Shown piece after piece: positions 36,656 to 50,870 of a DNA stretch of 64,000 bases (positions within the stretch are counted from its first letter, which is position 1; each line of letters begins with the position of its first letter). The DNA comes from Octopus bimaculoides (taxonomy: Eukaryota). Made by a program: the position numbers and the translations under genes. The stretch is taken from contig NC_068981.1 of assembly GCF_001194135.2 (NCBI RefSeq), positions 172,137,800 through 172,201,799 on the forward strand, written 5' to 3'. Under the pieces are notes generated by a model that had not been told where the DNA came from, searched no databases, and saw nothing but the letters and a program-made list of their open reading frames with translations.

Positions 36656-38645
36656 GTACGAACGAACAAAGACTGATAAAGAACGGGTAATCATATCGAC
36701 TCAATTATAACTGTCGAAGAAAAAGACCACTTGAATGGAATTACTTTTTTGTATAGCGGCGATTATTGCAAAATATTGCTGTGCACTCTACGAGTCTGAA
36801 GCACTCAGGTTGGCAACAGGAATGAAGATTTCTGTAGGAAAATGTGAAAAGTGTTTATCTCATCACTTCAAGAATATATTAAATGAGAAAACAACAATAA
36901 CAAGAGGAAAATATCGACGATGGTTTTGATTGCGTCCGCACAGAGAAGGACGAATAAATATTTCTTATAATAAATCCGTCTATATTCAGGTCGTCGTTGT
37001 GCAAGAGAAAATTTCCCATTGTGCAGATGCAGAAGCAGACTGTAAAGCCTTTTCTCTCGATTATCGAACGAATTCACCCAGAACCTAACATAAAAAAAAG
37101 TGTGTGTGTGTATACATATACACTAAAAACATATATACACATATACGTGCACATACACGTATGTATACACATACATATATATACACATATATACATGTAT
37201 AAATACATATTCATACATACAATATATATGTAAACACATAATATANNNNNNNNNNATTTATATATATATATATATATATACATATAAATATATGTATATG
37301 TGTGTGTCTGTATACATATACGTATATACATGTAGACATAAATCTATCTATGTATATATATGTATGTATGTATGTATGTATATATGTATGTATATATATG
37401 TATGTATTCATGTATGTATGTATGTATGTATGTATGTATGTACGACACAAGAGCAAGAAAGGTGATAGGAAGAGGTTTTTATTGTTGCGGTAATCATCAA
37501 ACCTTTCTCGCTCAATTTATAACATGTCTACAGATATTTTTGCCAGAGTTTCCTTGTTTCCATGTTCAACACATTTACCTACATTTTCCCCTTTTTCTTT
37601 CTGTCTTATAGTTTAGATAACATTTATGCTGCTTCGTTTCTTCTCAGAAATTTCCCCATGTATCATTCTTTATTCTAACTTAATGGTCTGATTTTATTAT
37701 TTAAAGATCTGATTTGCATTATACAAATTCCAAGCAATTTTTTAAAATAATTTTTACCTATTCAAATTATACACACAAACACATATACATAAATATACGT
37801 ATTTCTGTGTGCGTGGGTGCCAGCATGCAATCGTTTATATATGTAGATTTGTCAAACGGTTGACTTCATTACCATCAGGTCCTTTTAATAAAATTGGGTA
37901 AACAGATACTATGTAGAAATAGATAAGAAGTAAAGTTTATCAGTGTATTTGCGTTTGTGTGAATGTGCTTTTTTAGTTTTGCGTGAGTGTGAGTTTGTGT
38001 CTACGGTGTTGCATGTATTGACTCATATCATTATTATATAAGGCTACACGACCTACTAAATAAACTATAATAACTTTCAGTTTATTATTGTTTGTCAAAA
38101 AGCAAATATCAACGGCAGATATTTTCTTTATGGTGTATAGCCCTGGTCCACTTGGTCGAGCAAAACTAGAAGATGATAGTATGTTAGAAATATTTAGTAG
38201 CTAATTCCAGTCGGTCGAGTGACTACATAAACGCTACCTCGTTTGCTTGTAAATAAAATTCCACGTATAGACTTCATGAGATTCAAATTCGGCTGGCTGA
38301 ACACAGAGTTTAGGGTGCTAACCAGTACACCATAATACTAATTGAAGGTACTTCATTGTTTCCATATAAGAAAGCTTTATTGTACATGGTTTAGTTCACC
38401 TAGTATCGAAACAATAAATAGAAGCCAAGCAGGTATGTGTTAAAGTCATGTTAGACAATGGCAGGGTCGGCAGTGCACTATTGTTTGGTTGTGCTTAGAA
38501 AATCAATTGACTTTAATCCGACTCAGGTACTCCATCAATGGGATAATAGGGCGTAACTAAAAGTCTCTTTGTGTTGTGTGTTTCAACGAAGACTGACAAC
38601 TGATTAGAAACTTGAGAACTGTAAGCGATATATTTTTGCGTTTAG

Positions 38646-38742
38646 ATTCAATTTCAACAATACTTCTCCGATACCGAAGAGCGGCGGAAGTGAAATGCGA
38701 ACGGTGAAGAGAGATTCGAATGTGTTCGAGGCAATTCCTTAA
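38646..38742 (+). other. CpG-rich exon-like island (possible FNFNNTSPIPKSGGSEMRTVKRDSNVFEAIP*)
   Basis: tttttgcgtttag acceptor; TAA immediately before gtatat. No homology recognised. Confidence 0.28.
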
Positions 38743-38841
38743 GTATATACCTCCTATTTTACCAGTAACACACATTTATCTAGTAAAAATTAAGCACAAC
38801 GATGCAAACATATATATGCGTGTGTGTGTATGTAATTGTAC

Positions 38842-40704
38842 TAGGGTTATGAATTTTTGGTAATCTAATAACCCTATACTGTACATCGATGAATAAGTTC
38901 CTAAAAATCAGGAAACTAACATTTAGCTTGCTTTATTTGAAATAAATTTCACCCCCAACTTAAGAAATCGATCACCACTTTTGACCCATATTATGAAAAA
39001 TTCTAGTCGGGGAGCATAACACCTGCTCAAATTTTTACCAAATTTGGTGTACTGACACAGTGCAACGCAGAAATAGTATGTTTAAAATTTCAGCTTTCTA
39101 GTCGAAGTAGTTTCAGAGTTGTGGGCTTTTTAAATTATAATCACTATGGCACTAGATTCACACTTTAATATTTCCGCTGCCTAAATCCTTGTAAACGCAA
39201 GAGAGATGTAGAATAAGAGTGTATTTATACATTTTTAAGATTACTGAATTGAAATTGCTCTATGCAAAGGTTCAAAACTAGGCTATTTTAAGACAGAGGT
39301 CATTACAAGCATTCGATAACATACAAAATCAAAAACAATACATATTTTTAACTTTATAGGTTTAATTCCAATTTTAAATAACTGTATAAGAAAAAGGGTG
39401 CTGAATGTTAGCAAATTTTTAAACATAACAGAATTAATATGTTTTGTTAGAAAAAATTAATCGAAGCTGAAGTTTCACCTTTCTACAAACATCATAAAGA
39501 TCTTGAAGCCATTTGAGTGCCCGTTCTGCACTCTGGTTTGTTCTGGGAATTTCCAGTTTTGGTGGTTTTCGATTCCAAAAGCTTTTTACAAAGTTCAATG
39601 TTTTTTTATGAACTTGCAGGCTACCACATAACTTCTGAGAATAATGTGCATTGAACATTCGGTCAGTAAACCAAAACTCTGCTCAGAAACAAAACTCATT
39701 TCCCTGGTAGAAGAAATGCCAAAAGAGCTAGTATTGCTCGAGAATTCCATCTTGTATTACTTAAGTTGGGTATTTTTTGAAATTTTACAGTAGGAAATTT
39801 GTCGGTTTCTTCAAAGAAACGAAAGCTCTGGTCAAATGAAATAAAAATTTCATGTCATCTCGTCATCCTGCTAATTCAGTAATCTTTTCTTCACCATTGT
39901 TGAAATTAGTCATTCACCGTTTTCCTTTGTGATGTCAAAAATTCCTTTCAATGAATTGTATTTTCCTTGTTTTATACATTTATCGTAAGTATTCAGCACT
40001 TTTTCTACTTTTGCTTGTACATTTTGAATTTCTAAATATGGGAAATTTACTTTCTTTTGCCACAAAAAGATTACTTCTTTCGAAATCTCCTTTGTTCTTT
40101 CTTTCCTTCCATGATGGTACCTTCAAGAAACAAAAAGGGACCGACAATTTGAAGTTTCATTAGTATCCTGCAGTTGTTTTCCAAAGAATGCTTTTCTAGA
40201 GGAACACGTCTTCTTTTCCTATGTAAGTTCTGAAATCTGGATTCTTCGTCCAGATTTTTTTGTTTATTTGAGTGACACAAGCACTTCTCTTATGAGACAT
40301 TATTTTAGATACTGTAATTGGATAAGCCCACTATTCTGAAAAACAGTTAATATAATGAGAGTTTTAGCGTCACAGAAATAAAAAGGAGACGAAGTGGATA
40401 TTTCCTAAAGTAGGGCCCACGTGGTAACAAATTAAAAACTCTATAACTCCTAAACTACTTAAACTTGAAACTGAAATTTGAGATATACTCCAAGTTTGGT
40501 AAAAACCTGAGTAGACATTATGAAACCCCTTAGAATTTTGCATGATTTGGGTTAAAAGTGGTGTTAGATTTCTTCAGTTTGGGGTGACGTTTTTTTTTAA
40601 AAAAACTTAAAATAAAGGCTATTTTCCCTACTTATAAAATTGCTCATCGATTTTTAATACAGAAAATTGTTTACTTCCCAAAAAATCAAAAAGTCATAAC
40701 CCTA
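38842..40704 (-). mobile_element. Decayed hAT-superfamily (hATm/hATx-like) DNA transposon with long imperfect TIRs
   Basis: Both ends read TAGGGTTATGA inward, and similarity extends about 300 bp. Transposase remnants: WRDDMKF, IPNLSNTRWNSRAILALLAF, PRTNQSAERALKWLQDLY. No clear TSD. Confidence 0.75.
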
Positions 40705-40782
40705 CATATCATGTATACGGTAATGTATCTATGTGTCTTTTATGTCCTTATATGTATGTATATGTGTATGTATATGTGTGTG

Positions 40783-40823
<41 letters not shown>

Positions 40824-40999
40824 CTATGTCTGTATGTTTCTATGTATCTATGTTTCTATGTATCTATGTATCTATGTATCTATGCATGTCTGCACGTATA
40901 TATGTGCGTTTGAATGAGCGTGTTTGTGTCATTTCGTTGTTTAATCTTTCTGTGTTTATACACATGTATATAGTTCATAAGAGAAGAGGAAGGTACGGA

Positions 41000-42250
41000 T
41001 GACATTTACAAGCCTTCTCTAAACTGGTTTGTCTGATGCGGTTGACATTCAGCTTAAACGTCTATAGATCGATATGCGTAGATAAAACGTGGGTGAGGAA
41101 AGAATTCTAGAGGATTAGAGTTCTGTGGGGAAGGACTTGACCGGAGTGTTTAGTATGGAGTCTGTAAGGTAATACACGATAAACGTGATGAGACGGCGAA
41201 ATACAAGTTCTCCTGGATCGCAAGGATACACAGAGGGCTGGTTCGGAAGGGTATTATCTATTGTAGTAGTGATAGAAGTATCAGAGAGAAGTAACAGAGC
41301 ACGTCGATGAACTCTTCGTTTGAAGAATCTTAAGGGAATGAACTTAAGTCAATTTATTGAATAGTCTTCTTTTGGGTGTGGTTCAGGATGGTTGCATGTC
41401 TAGCAGTAGCATTATCCCGTATACGTGATCCAGTTTGAGTTTTATTTGATCTTGGTGGAACAATGGATTAGAACCTGGTACTGAAGATCAATCTTAGTTT
41501 CTTTAACGCAGTTTTGGAAGTGTTTCGTGTACAGAGGTCACCATGAGAGATCAGAGATTGAGAGACTTAAGATTTTGTAACAGCTCTGAAGGTTTTGTAA
41601 ACTGTTCATGATTGGAGAGGAAGTAAAAGTTCCTTTCTTTGACATCTGGAGTAAGACTCTGCACACTGTTAAAAGGAAATAAATTGACATGTCATTATTG
41701 AAAGATAATAGCAAGGTCTCTGCTTATAAAGTCAAAGTATATTTGGCATCAGGTATTTAGGTTACTAGTGAATGACACCTGTGTGCGGATGATTAATGAG
41801 AAATTAAAGAGTACTATAATCGGCTCGGGAGTGTGTGTGGTTAGTTGAGACAGTTTGTAGATCGTAATATACGGAGTAAATATACAAGTTTGAAAAATAC
41901 TGCCACTTAGTGGATTGGACAGTCTCACCATCATATGCTCCAGTGATACAGTTTAACAAGAATTTTCCGTTCCAGAAAATGACAGACAGATGACAACCAT
42001 ATTCGAGCAACTTAGCTATAAAGTTTTAGTGCCTTAGATACAATTGAAGATTTTCTTCGAAGTTCACAATGGTGAAGGAGCATTGGGGAATCAGTAAGTT
42101 GAACGAGTTTCCGGTAGATTTTATTCCTATGTAGCAGTAGTTAGTAAGGACTAACGAAGGAGAAACCGATGGGAATGAAGGTAATTGTAAAATATTTCCG
42201 TCACTTTCAAAATGCTGGAAGTAAGAGCGACGAGTTGTTAGCAGGTAGGG
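41000..42250 (-). mobile_element. Decayed Jockey/CR1-group LINE RT and C-terminus
   Basis: SGSIFQTCIFTPYI (cf. QGSILSPTLFLLYI), DNATARHATILNHTQKKTIQ, FYHYYNRxYPSEPA (cf. FYRYYNGxCSSELA). Confidence 0.6.
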
Positions 42251-42299
42251 ACAGAAAGGTTAACTTTTATGGAGGTAAGTGATGCACGGAAGCATGTCT

Positions 42300-43151
42300 C
42301 CATAGCTTCGTGCACATGTTTAGAGATTAAAGTTGTTGTCCAACCCTCATTGAACTGACTAATGATCAAGAAGGAAGCTATTTCTTGGACCAGCCAATAA
42401 CAAACGGAGAAAAGATTGGGCCAGTGAGACTGTGAAGAGGCCACTAGCATTTTGGGACTATCATATTCTCCATTGAGTCCAGATTTGCTGTATTTTCTGA
42501 CAATGGTCGAGTCTGGGTCTGGAGACTGTGATCAAGAATTTGACGTGAAAAGATTTCAGCCAACAATGAAACATGACAGCTATTCTATGATGGTTTGGGG
42601 GAGCAATTTGGAGCAATGGTCAATCAGTGCTGGTGGAGTGTGAGGGAAACATAAACTCAGATAAATATATGTCCATATTGCAGGAAATACTCCTTCCAAT
42701 TTTTTCCAGTGGTGAAATGATTAAAGAAGACTCTTTATTTATGGAAGATAGGTCTCCTTGTCACACGGCTAAAATGATCCAAGATTTGTTGGATGGCATT
42801 GGCATTAAAAAGCTTCTATAGCCAAGCCAGTCACCAGATATGAACCCTATTGAACACCTCTGGAACATAATGGACAGGACACTTCATAAAAGAACAAGAA
42901 AGCATCTTCAAAGCCAGATCTTTTGAGATTACTGCATGAAACTTGACAAGAAATTCCGCAAGAGAATATTCGTCATCTGATCATTAACATGCCTAATCGG
43001 GTCCTTGCATTGAAAAATGCAAAGGGCATGTCTACTAAATATTGAATATTCACATTATAACAATTAATAAATAATTCGAATGTATAATTTCAGATTTAAA
43101 TAAATTTTAACGATTATAAGGATGTCTATTTAGTTCTATTTTGTCTGTGTA
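42300..43151 (+). mobile_element. Tc1-family (DD34E) transposase remnant
   Basis: FQPTMKH..SMMVWG; EGNINSDKYMSIL; FMEDRSPCHTAK; PSQSPDMNPIEHLW; MPNRVLALKNAKGMSTKY*. Putative end at ...tgtctgtgta. Confidence 0.9.
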
Positions 43152-43711
43152 TATATCGTTGCTCTTATGTTAAACTGTCGGATATCCAAATCTGGCCAAA
43201 ATGCGTTTTTTTTTTTCTTGTTTTCAATATTTAATTTTGCTTGCAATAGCCGGTTCTTTTTGTCAAACTATCGTATTTCCAGTTGCTTCAGATGCCAAGA
43301 TATGAAGATTGTCAAAGTGTAGTACAACAGTTTAGCATTTTCCAAAAGTGTAATAATAAGTCTCACACACGACAGTTTTCAAAACTATTTTGACTGAAAA
43401 TATCATACATGCATGGAGGTCCGATTTTATGCACCCATCAAAGTATTATTGCTAAGTTGAAGCTGTTGGTAATGTAAAAAGAAATAGAATGGTGAAACTA
43501 TTTTTTTTCTTTTTTGTTTTCTGAAAAAAACAACGTTTTAGACTTACGACACTTTTGCAACGATATATATATATNNNNNNNNNNNNNNNNNNNNNNNNNN
43601 NNNNNNNNNNNNNNNNNNNNNNNNNNNNNNNNNNNNNNNNNNNNNNNNNNNNNNNNNNNNNNNNNNTACATACATACATACATACATACATACATACATA
43701 CATACATACAT

Positions 43712-43778
<67 letters not shown>

Positions 43779-44080
43779 TACATATATATTATTTCCTTTT
43801 GGGGGAATTGAATGCCGAACTACATATAAACCAATTATTTACAGTTTATAGCTTCAGATGTACTTCGAGATCCAATTCAAAAATTATCCTACGTTCTCTC
43901 GAAAGTTTATAAATTTTCATGACATCAGTAATGTATATCTGTGTGTGTGTATGTATGTGTGTGTGCGTGTGTGTATGTGTGCCTACTATTAGTCTCACCC
44001 CAGCAGAAGTGTCACGAATAGTGAGAGAGGGTCAAGATGTGACACACTGACACACAGAAATTCGTTTTGGCATCTATTAG

Positions 44081-44166
<86 letters not shown>

Positions 44167-44169
44167 ACA

Positions 44170-44214
<45 letters not shown>

Positions 44215-45073
44215 ATGTATGTATGTACATATTTGTGTGTGTGTATTATGCGGTAAGGCTTCAACATGTAGAAAAGCACTCGATCAGCTAAGAGAGTAAT
44301 GATAATGTTATAATAAAAACCACAAATCATGTTAAATACACATACATAAACATGCACACAAAGTTATCAGTATCAATATATCATTATATCAGCAAACGAT
44401 CATACAATTATTTTTTCTTCAACTTCTTTCTCTTCTTGTTTCCCCCTTTTCTTCATATTTTTCTTCATTTAATCATTGTAGTATAACTTATAATTTCATG
44501 TTCTTTATCCAACCAAATGATCCATAAAAATGCTCCTTTATACTTTTCAATCCAACCTTCATTTACTTTTGAAAATACTCCTTTATAAACTATGCGTATA
44601 TTGGTTTATAGTTGAGCATGAGCATATAGATTAAAGATTGCTATTGTCTGATGAAACCAATCCATGGTAGAACCTCAAACCCGATGTTTAACCTTTTCCC
44701 TCTAGAAATAAATTTTATAATGGTGATTTGCATATTTCTCCTTAATACGTGCCAACAGACGTTGTTGTGTACCTCAAATGTGAACAACTCTCTTTTACGA
44801 CGATAATGTGTTCATAACACTCGTCTCATTCTTGCCAGGGATTCTGGGACACCAGTGACATGTATCTCGTCACTCAGAAATACCCTGATCTTTGAGCCTA
44901 AACAAGCCATTTGCTTTGCTTATAATTTCAGCGAACAAACTATTTTCTCACCAATGTTTATATTTGCCAGTCGATACAAAAGTCGTTATTTGCACTATCT
45001 ACAGCGAATTCTGAAACAATGCAAATCGCATTTTATTTTTACTAAATTTTATGCTGTAGGCGCATTTGTGGAT

Positions 45074-45222
45074 GTGTGATAAGAAGTTTGCCTCCCAACC
45101 ACATGGTTCCAATTTCAGTCCCACTCTCTGGCCCATTAGACAAGTGTATTCAACTACAGCTCCGGTTTGACCAAACCCTTGTAAGTGAATCTGGTAAAGG
45201 AAACTAAAAGAAGCCCGTGGTG

Positions 45223-45268
<46 letters not shown>

Positions 45269-45472
45269 TTTATGCTTGTCTCGCCACCACCGCTTGACAA
45301 CTGATATTGGTTTGTTTACACACCTACTCCCCTAACTTAGCCGTTCGGTGAAAGAGGCCGATAAAATAAGTACTAGATTTTTAAATTAGTACTAGGTTCG
45401 ATTCGTTCGACTGAAACCCTTCAGGACGGTGCCCCACCAGTCCACTGAGGGAAACAAGTAAAAGATAAAAGA
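45074..45472 (+). mobile_element. Bipartite CORE-like SINE (type C)
   Basis: Same 5' half, (TG)n core and 3' half as the other copies. Confidence 0.85.
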
Positions 45473-46272
45473 TACACTTAAATACTTTGAACGATCCTCA
45501 GGTAATGTTTGACACTTTTAGTGAGTGATTTTACATAAAAGACTCAGTAGAGATATTTTCTAGCCACTTTAATGGGATAGACCTGCACGAAGTAGGCGCA
45601 AACTATATCAGTGTTATTTTTTAATTATTTAGAAAAAATACTCATGTCATACTGAATACGAAAGCGTAAAAGTTCAGGTAAATAACCTGCTTTTAACAAA
45701 TAAATTCTCACCAGTTGTTATAATGTGTATGTGTGTGTGTGTGTGAACGTAACTAAAAAGGTCACGAAGCACAGAAAAATAACTCTTGGTATTTTCGCTG
45801 ACCTGACAATCGTCCATTGTAGCAGAAATCACGTGATTCTAAGAAGCACAAGTAAATAATAGCTTGGGTAGGAGTTATATTTCTAGATAGGGCGACAGAG
45901 AGAGAGTGGGGGAGGAAGACAGAGACACTTTTCTTGTAGGTATATAGCATTGAAAACATTACTGTGTTCTTGTTTTTATCTTTCTATCAAGGTTTTATAT
46001 TTTTGTTTGTGCTACTTGCAGTTTGGAACAGTAAAGTTCAGCATTTCTGATCCTTCATAATGAAGTAATATTGGCATGTTACTACTTCTTTATTGTCGCC
46101 AAAGCCAATTTGACTAGTGTAGCTATTACTGCTACAATTAAAACTTTTAGTGTTAAGTTTATACATCATTAGTCAGATGATCACTTTTTCCTGTGACAAG
46201 TGCATGTTGTCTATGCATCTATTTCCGCGCTGTTCCATTTATGTCTGTTCTATTCCTTTCATAAATGTCTAC

Positions 46273-46395
46273 TTGGGGTGGGGCGTTTTTGTGGAATATA
46301 AATGTGTTGTCTACTAAGATTCTTCTACATAATTTTCTTCTAATTTGTGTTGTGCAGTGCTTTTCAATTGCTTCTTGTTCTAAGTGTGTCGTTAG
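46273..46395 (-). CDS. Candidate exon (phase 0), LTTHLEQEAIEKHCTTQIRRKLCRRILVDNTFIFHKNAPPQ
   Basis: Strong pyrimidine tract ctctctttctctttcgccag; only frame 0 is open; weak donor CAA|gtagac. Alternatively it reads on to the stop at 46219. Confidence 0.35.
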
Positions 46396-46689
46396 CTGGC
46401 GAAAGAGAAAGAGAGATAAAGACAGAGAGAGAGTCACGCTTACATGAACAATATATCGGTTCGCAGCTTCCAATTTTACAATAGTATACATCGCTTTGGT
46501 CGTTTGTAGCTTCTTCGAAAGTTTACATACTTATCGATTGTTACTGATACAATTTTTTTAAATTTTAGTGCTTTTACGTAAAATATTCAAAACCAAAAAA
46601 AAATCGAAAAAATAGATCTTACCATCATAAAAGTTTGATCCTTAATTTCTTAAATTAATAGAAGAGACCTTATGGAATATCCTACGGAA

Positions 46690-47580
46690 CTATAAGGTTT
46701 CCGAGAAGCATGTCGACATCATGAAGAATCTCTACTTAAATTCAAAATATTGTCTACGAGCAGAAGCAGGTGACACTGACTTCCTTTCATTCAACAGAGA
46801 TGTGAGATAGGGTTGTGTGCTCTCATCTTTCTCATCATATTGGACTCACATGGACAAATGACAAGACCACCGAACTGAACTTCGTAGATGACCAGCCCTG
46901 TTTTTGCTGAAGAGAAGTGAAAAATTAAGAAATGGCCAACAGCTCATACAGTATCAGTGGAAATAGTATTGACGTTGATAAAAACTAAAGTAATTGTTAT
47001 TTAAGAACTTGATCTATGTACACATAGAAGAATGTGAATACTTCAAGTACTTTGGCAGTAATATCAGATGTAAAGATGTGGAAAAAGAAATTAGTATCAG
47101 GATTGGTAGAGCTGATAGTGCTTTTCTCAAATTAAGAAGAATCTGAAAAGCTTACAGCATCAGTATGAAGATCAAACTCCAGCTATTGTCAAACATCGTC
47201 GTCTCTAATCTTCTCTGTAGTTTCTGATTAAGGAAATTGAATAAAGAAGACGTTGAACATCTAACAAAAATGCATGCGTAAAACATACCATATTTGGTAC
47301 TGTGACTGATTCACCTTCCTGGGATACTAAGTTCAAGGCTCCCATTCACGCTAAGTTAGTTACAGGTCAACAAGAGGATGAAGTGGCTTAGGCATGTAAT
47401 CAGCATAGATTCCTTCCCTCTCGAGCGGTTTTCACAGAGTACCATGAAGAAAGGACATCCAAAGAAGTGGCTGACAGTAGTGAAAAGAGATCTCCCGAAT
47501 AATGGCAAGAGCTGTAATAAAGCTTGTAATCTGACACTTGACTGTATGACTGGAAAGCTCTGGTAGCCCCATGTTCTTTA
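46690..47580 (+). mobile_element. Decayed RTE-clade LINE RT remnant
   Basis: DVR*GCVLSSFL (cf. GVRQGCVLSPFL), LNFVDD (cf. LDFADD), FKYFGS, EISIRIGRADSAFLKL, KWLRHVI. Confidence 0.85.
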
Positions 47581-47754
47581 AACAGAAGAACAAAACCAAC
47601 TAAGTAACTAACTATAATAAATTTTTATTGTCTATTATGGCCTGAAGTAATGCACTTTGTGTTCTATTTTATGAGCATTTTGATAAATTGTTCGTCTGTC
47701 TATAGTTAGTATGCTTGTCATTTATATACTGCTATTTATATAAGGTTTAATGTG

Positions 47755-47910
47755 GTTAGCTGGCAAAATTGTTAACGCGTCGGACAAAATGCTTAGCAAC
47801 ATTTTTTCTGGTTCTTTAAGTTCTGAGTTCAAATTTCACCATGGTCAACTTCGTCTTTCATCATTTCAAGATTGATAAAACAAGTACCAGTTGAACATAG
47901 GAGTCGCTGT
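47755..47910 (+). mobile_element. Older type B SINE copy without the module
   Basis: agctggcaaaattgttaacgcgtcggacaaaatgcttagc...ttctgagttcaaatt...ctttcatc. Confidence 0.75.
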
Positions 47911-48038
47911 AATTGGTTATTGGTGACAGGAGTGGTATTAGTTCAAAATAGCAATTTGTGTAGCATACTTTAAGCAAATACTGCTCCTGTCGCTAATAAC
48001 GAAATTTCATCCACCCTATAGGCTAATTACAACACCAG

Positions 48039-48075
<37 letters not shown>

Positions 48076-48239
48076 CAACCATACTGGGAGCCATTCCTGA
48101 CTGAGGTATGTGGTGTGTTAGCCATACGAGGTGATTGAGTTAAATTTTATATTTATGTATACGTGTGTTTGCGCGTGCGTATGTGTATATACGTAATATA
48201 TGCGTGTAAATATATGTGTATGTGCATGTTTGTTTGTTT

Positions 48240-48326
<87 letters not shown>

Positions 48327-48688
48327 TACACATACAACCACGCACATACATACAGGCACATATTTATACACGTCTGTATTACGTATACACACACACAATA
48401 AAGGAGTGGTATTTCAGACAGTACATTTGTCCGAGCTTCAACAAGTTTTAATGCAGTCATCTAACTCGTAAATATTTTTCTACCATCTTATTTCTCTTAT
48501 AAGTAGATACACGTCTTATTTTTTTTGGTACTTATTCTTTTATATTTTGTTTTACTTCCGTTCTTTCTTTTGGTAATGTCAGGATTTTGTTTTTACAAAA
48601 CTACGATTTTATTATTCATTGTTTTTAAATTGTCTGTAATTATCGTCATAAATCATCGATTCTTTAGACCGGCCAACGCATTATTATT

Positions 48689-48699
<11 letters not shown>

Positions 48700-48763
<64 letters not shown>

Positions 48764-48773
48764 TTTATTATTG

Positions 48774-48835
<62 letters not shown>

Positions 48836-48836
48836 G
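48700..48836. repeat. (ATT)n microsatellite
   Basis: Seen directly. Confidence 0.95.
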
Positions 48837-50680
48837 TCTCTTTCACTATATCTTACGGTAATTCTTTCGGAAATGATTACGCACTTCATTGAAATTCAAT
48901 TCTCCACCACCTTCCACAGCTAGCATTCTGTTTAATTCATTTGTCTCTTTGAAGCCATAAGCATTTCTATATAAATAGATTCATTGGTGTTTTATGATAC
49001 GAAATTAAATCACTTCCTTTTATCATATTTTGCACATAAATATTCTCGAACTTTTTCGGGGTTTTTTTAAAAACCTTTCTGAAGATGAGCAACTTCAATT
49101 TTAGACTCAGTAACAATTGAGTTTACATAAACAAACTACGGGCCCAGAGACTAATTGTCGAACATAGTTCAATTTGAGATATAGGATAGCCAATACTGGA
49201 AAATTATTTCTTGCTTTCATAATTCGTTGATTTATTATGTTGATGTGTTCTTTGTCCTATTGATTATTTTTATGTTCAAATATTATCACCTGTTTAGTGT
49301 TGGGCATTGTCGTATAGGCCTCCTACCGAAAATGTTATCAGATGTTAGAGATGAAATATCTTTTAACCTGAAAACAGTTGCTGTTATCGTTGTTGTTGTT
49401 GTTTAACCCCCAAGTCATCCCCGACTGAGAAAGCTTACGATCAAAAGCATTCTATGCATGACCATTTTTTCCTTTTTTTTTTTTTTCAGGGATAGTGTAC
49501 TCGAACTACACATTCGAGCGTGTGTGATATGAGGCCACTATTTCTAACAAGTCGAAGGACTGGCAGCGGTTCCTTCATTGATTCATGTGGTTTGTATTTC
49601 TCCATTCACTGACGCTGTGTTTGCTTGGAAAGTGTTAAAACTGCATGCGAATGATGCCTATATGTTGCAAATGAGGAAAAGTGCAAGGTTATTTCATGTT
49701 TGTAAGATTAATTGGATTGAAATGAAAGTAGATTGTTAATCGATGAGTACGCGATAAATAAACGGGTTCTAAGACACTCGCAATTTGAGAGAGTTAACAG
49801 CATCAAACATTGTAGTGATTAGGTGTCTGGTCAGAAAACGTCCTATGCAATGGTCTAATGACACGCAGACATGATAGGCTAGCAGCATTGTCAGAAAATT
49901 CACACGTTAGATACAGCGAGACTTCGTTATTGCTAATGACCATAACTTTTTCCGACAAAGTTTTGGTAAACAGGAGACCGGTAAGGGAAGATGTATGCGA
50001 GGTGTCTTGCAGATTTCCAGAAGCAAGTTAATTTCGCGATGAAAAAGAAAGGATATTCAAGCTGTTATTTAGCTATATCTACATATCTTTAAGTAGGTAC
50101 TGGTATAAATTGTTAGCCTGCTGTACCAAGTTTAGTTTCTTCTTTAATAAAACTAGAGAAAAAACATATCAGTGCCCTATTCAGGAAAGGAGTTGTCTTT
50201 CACCTGTTTAGAACAAGCAAAATTGGGAATAAGTACTAGTTCTAGCGATCACTGTGATTCGGGAGAAAAATGTCCTCAATATGTTGTGATAAGGCCCACA
50301 TTAAAAGATAGGAACGCCACATGATTGACTGAAAAGTTCATGTTATTCTGTTTTTTTGGTGTCCACAACTTTCAGAAATATGATCTAATTTTATTTGGTT
50401 TGTCTTCTACCAAGCAAGATTAATCTTGATCACATTTAGTACTGAAGATAAAGAAAGAATTCAACGTCATTGTATCGGAGAAATATGAGAATTAGTACGT
50501 TTAACTGTCAATAGGTTTCACTAAAGTTCACAAGCCTGGATCCAATATTACATAGAAAATTCTAAGATCTACGAAACTTTATTACAACAACAAGTATCAG
50601 ATAAAGCAGCTAGCCCCTTTCTGCTTCTCTGACTTACAAGTAATGCCGTATCGTTTAAAAAAAAATGGTGGAAAAATTAC

Positions 50681-50870
50681 ATTGAATAATGTGGTCCTAG
50701 AAACATGACTGACAGGATGAGCCTGGCTGCAATATTTTTTATCATTGATGTGCTCAGTCAACACCGTACTTAGCTGGGCAATGTTATCATTGTTTAATTC
50801 AACCACTTTGTTGTGCCGAGTTAGATTTGCTTCAAACAGGGTTGCAATGTGGATCGTAGGAGGATTTGAA
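50681..50870 (-). CDS. Candidate exon (phase 2 to 0), SNPPTIHIATLFEANLTRHNKVVELNNDNIAQLSTVLTEHINDKKYCSQAHPVSHVSRTTLFN
   Basis: Stop-free frame of about 97 codons; gttatgtttacattgatag acceptor, AAT|gtaatt donor. No recognised homology. Confidence 0.3.
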
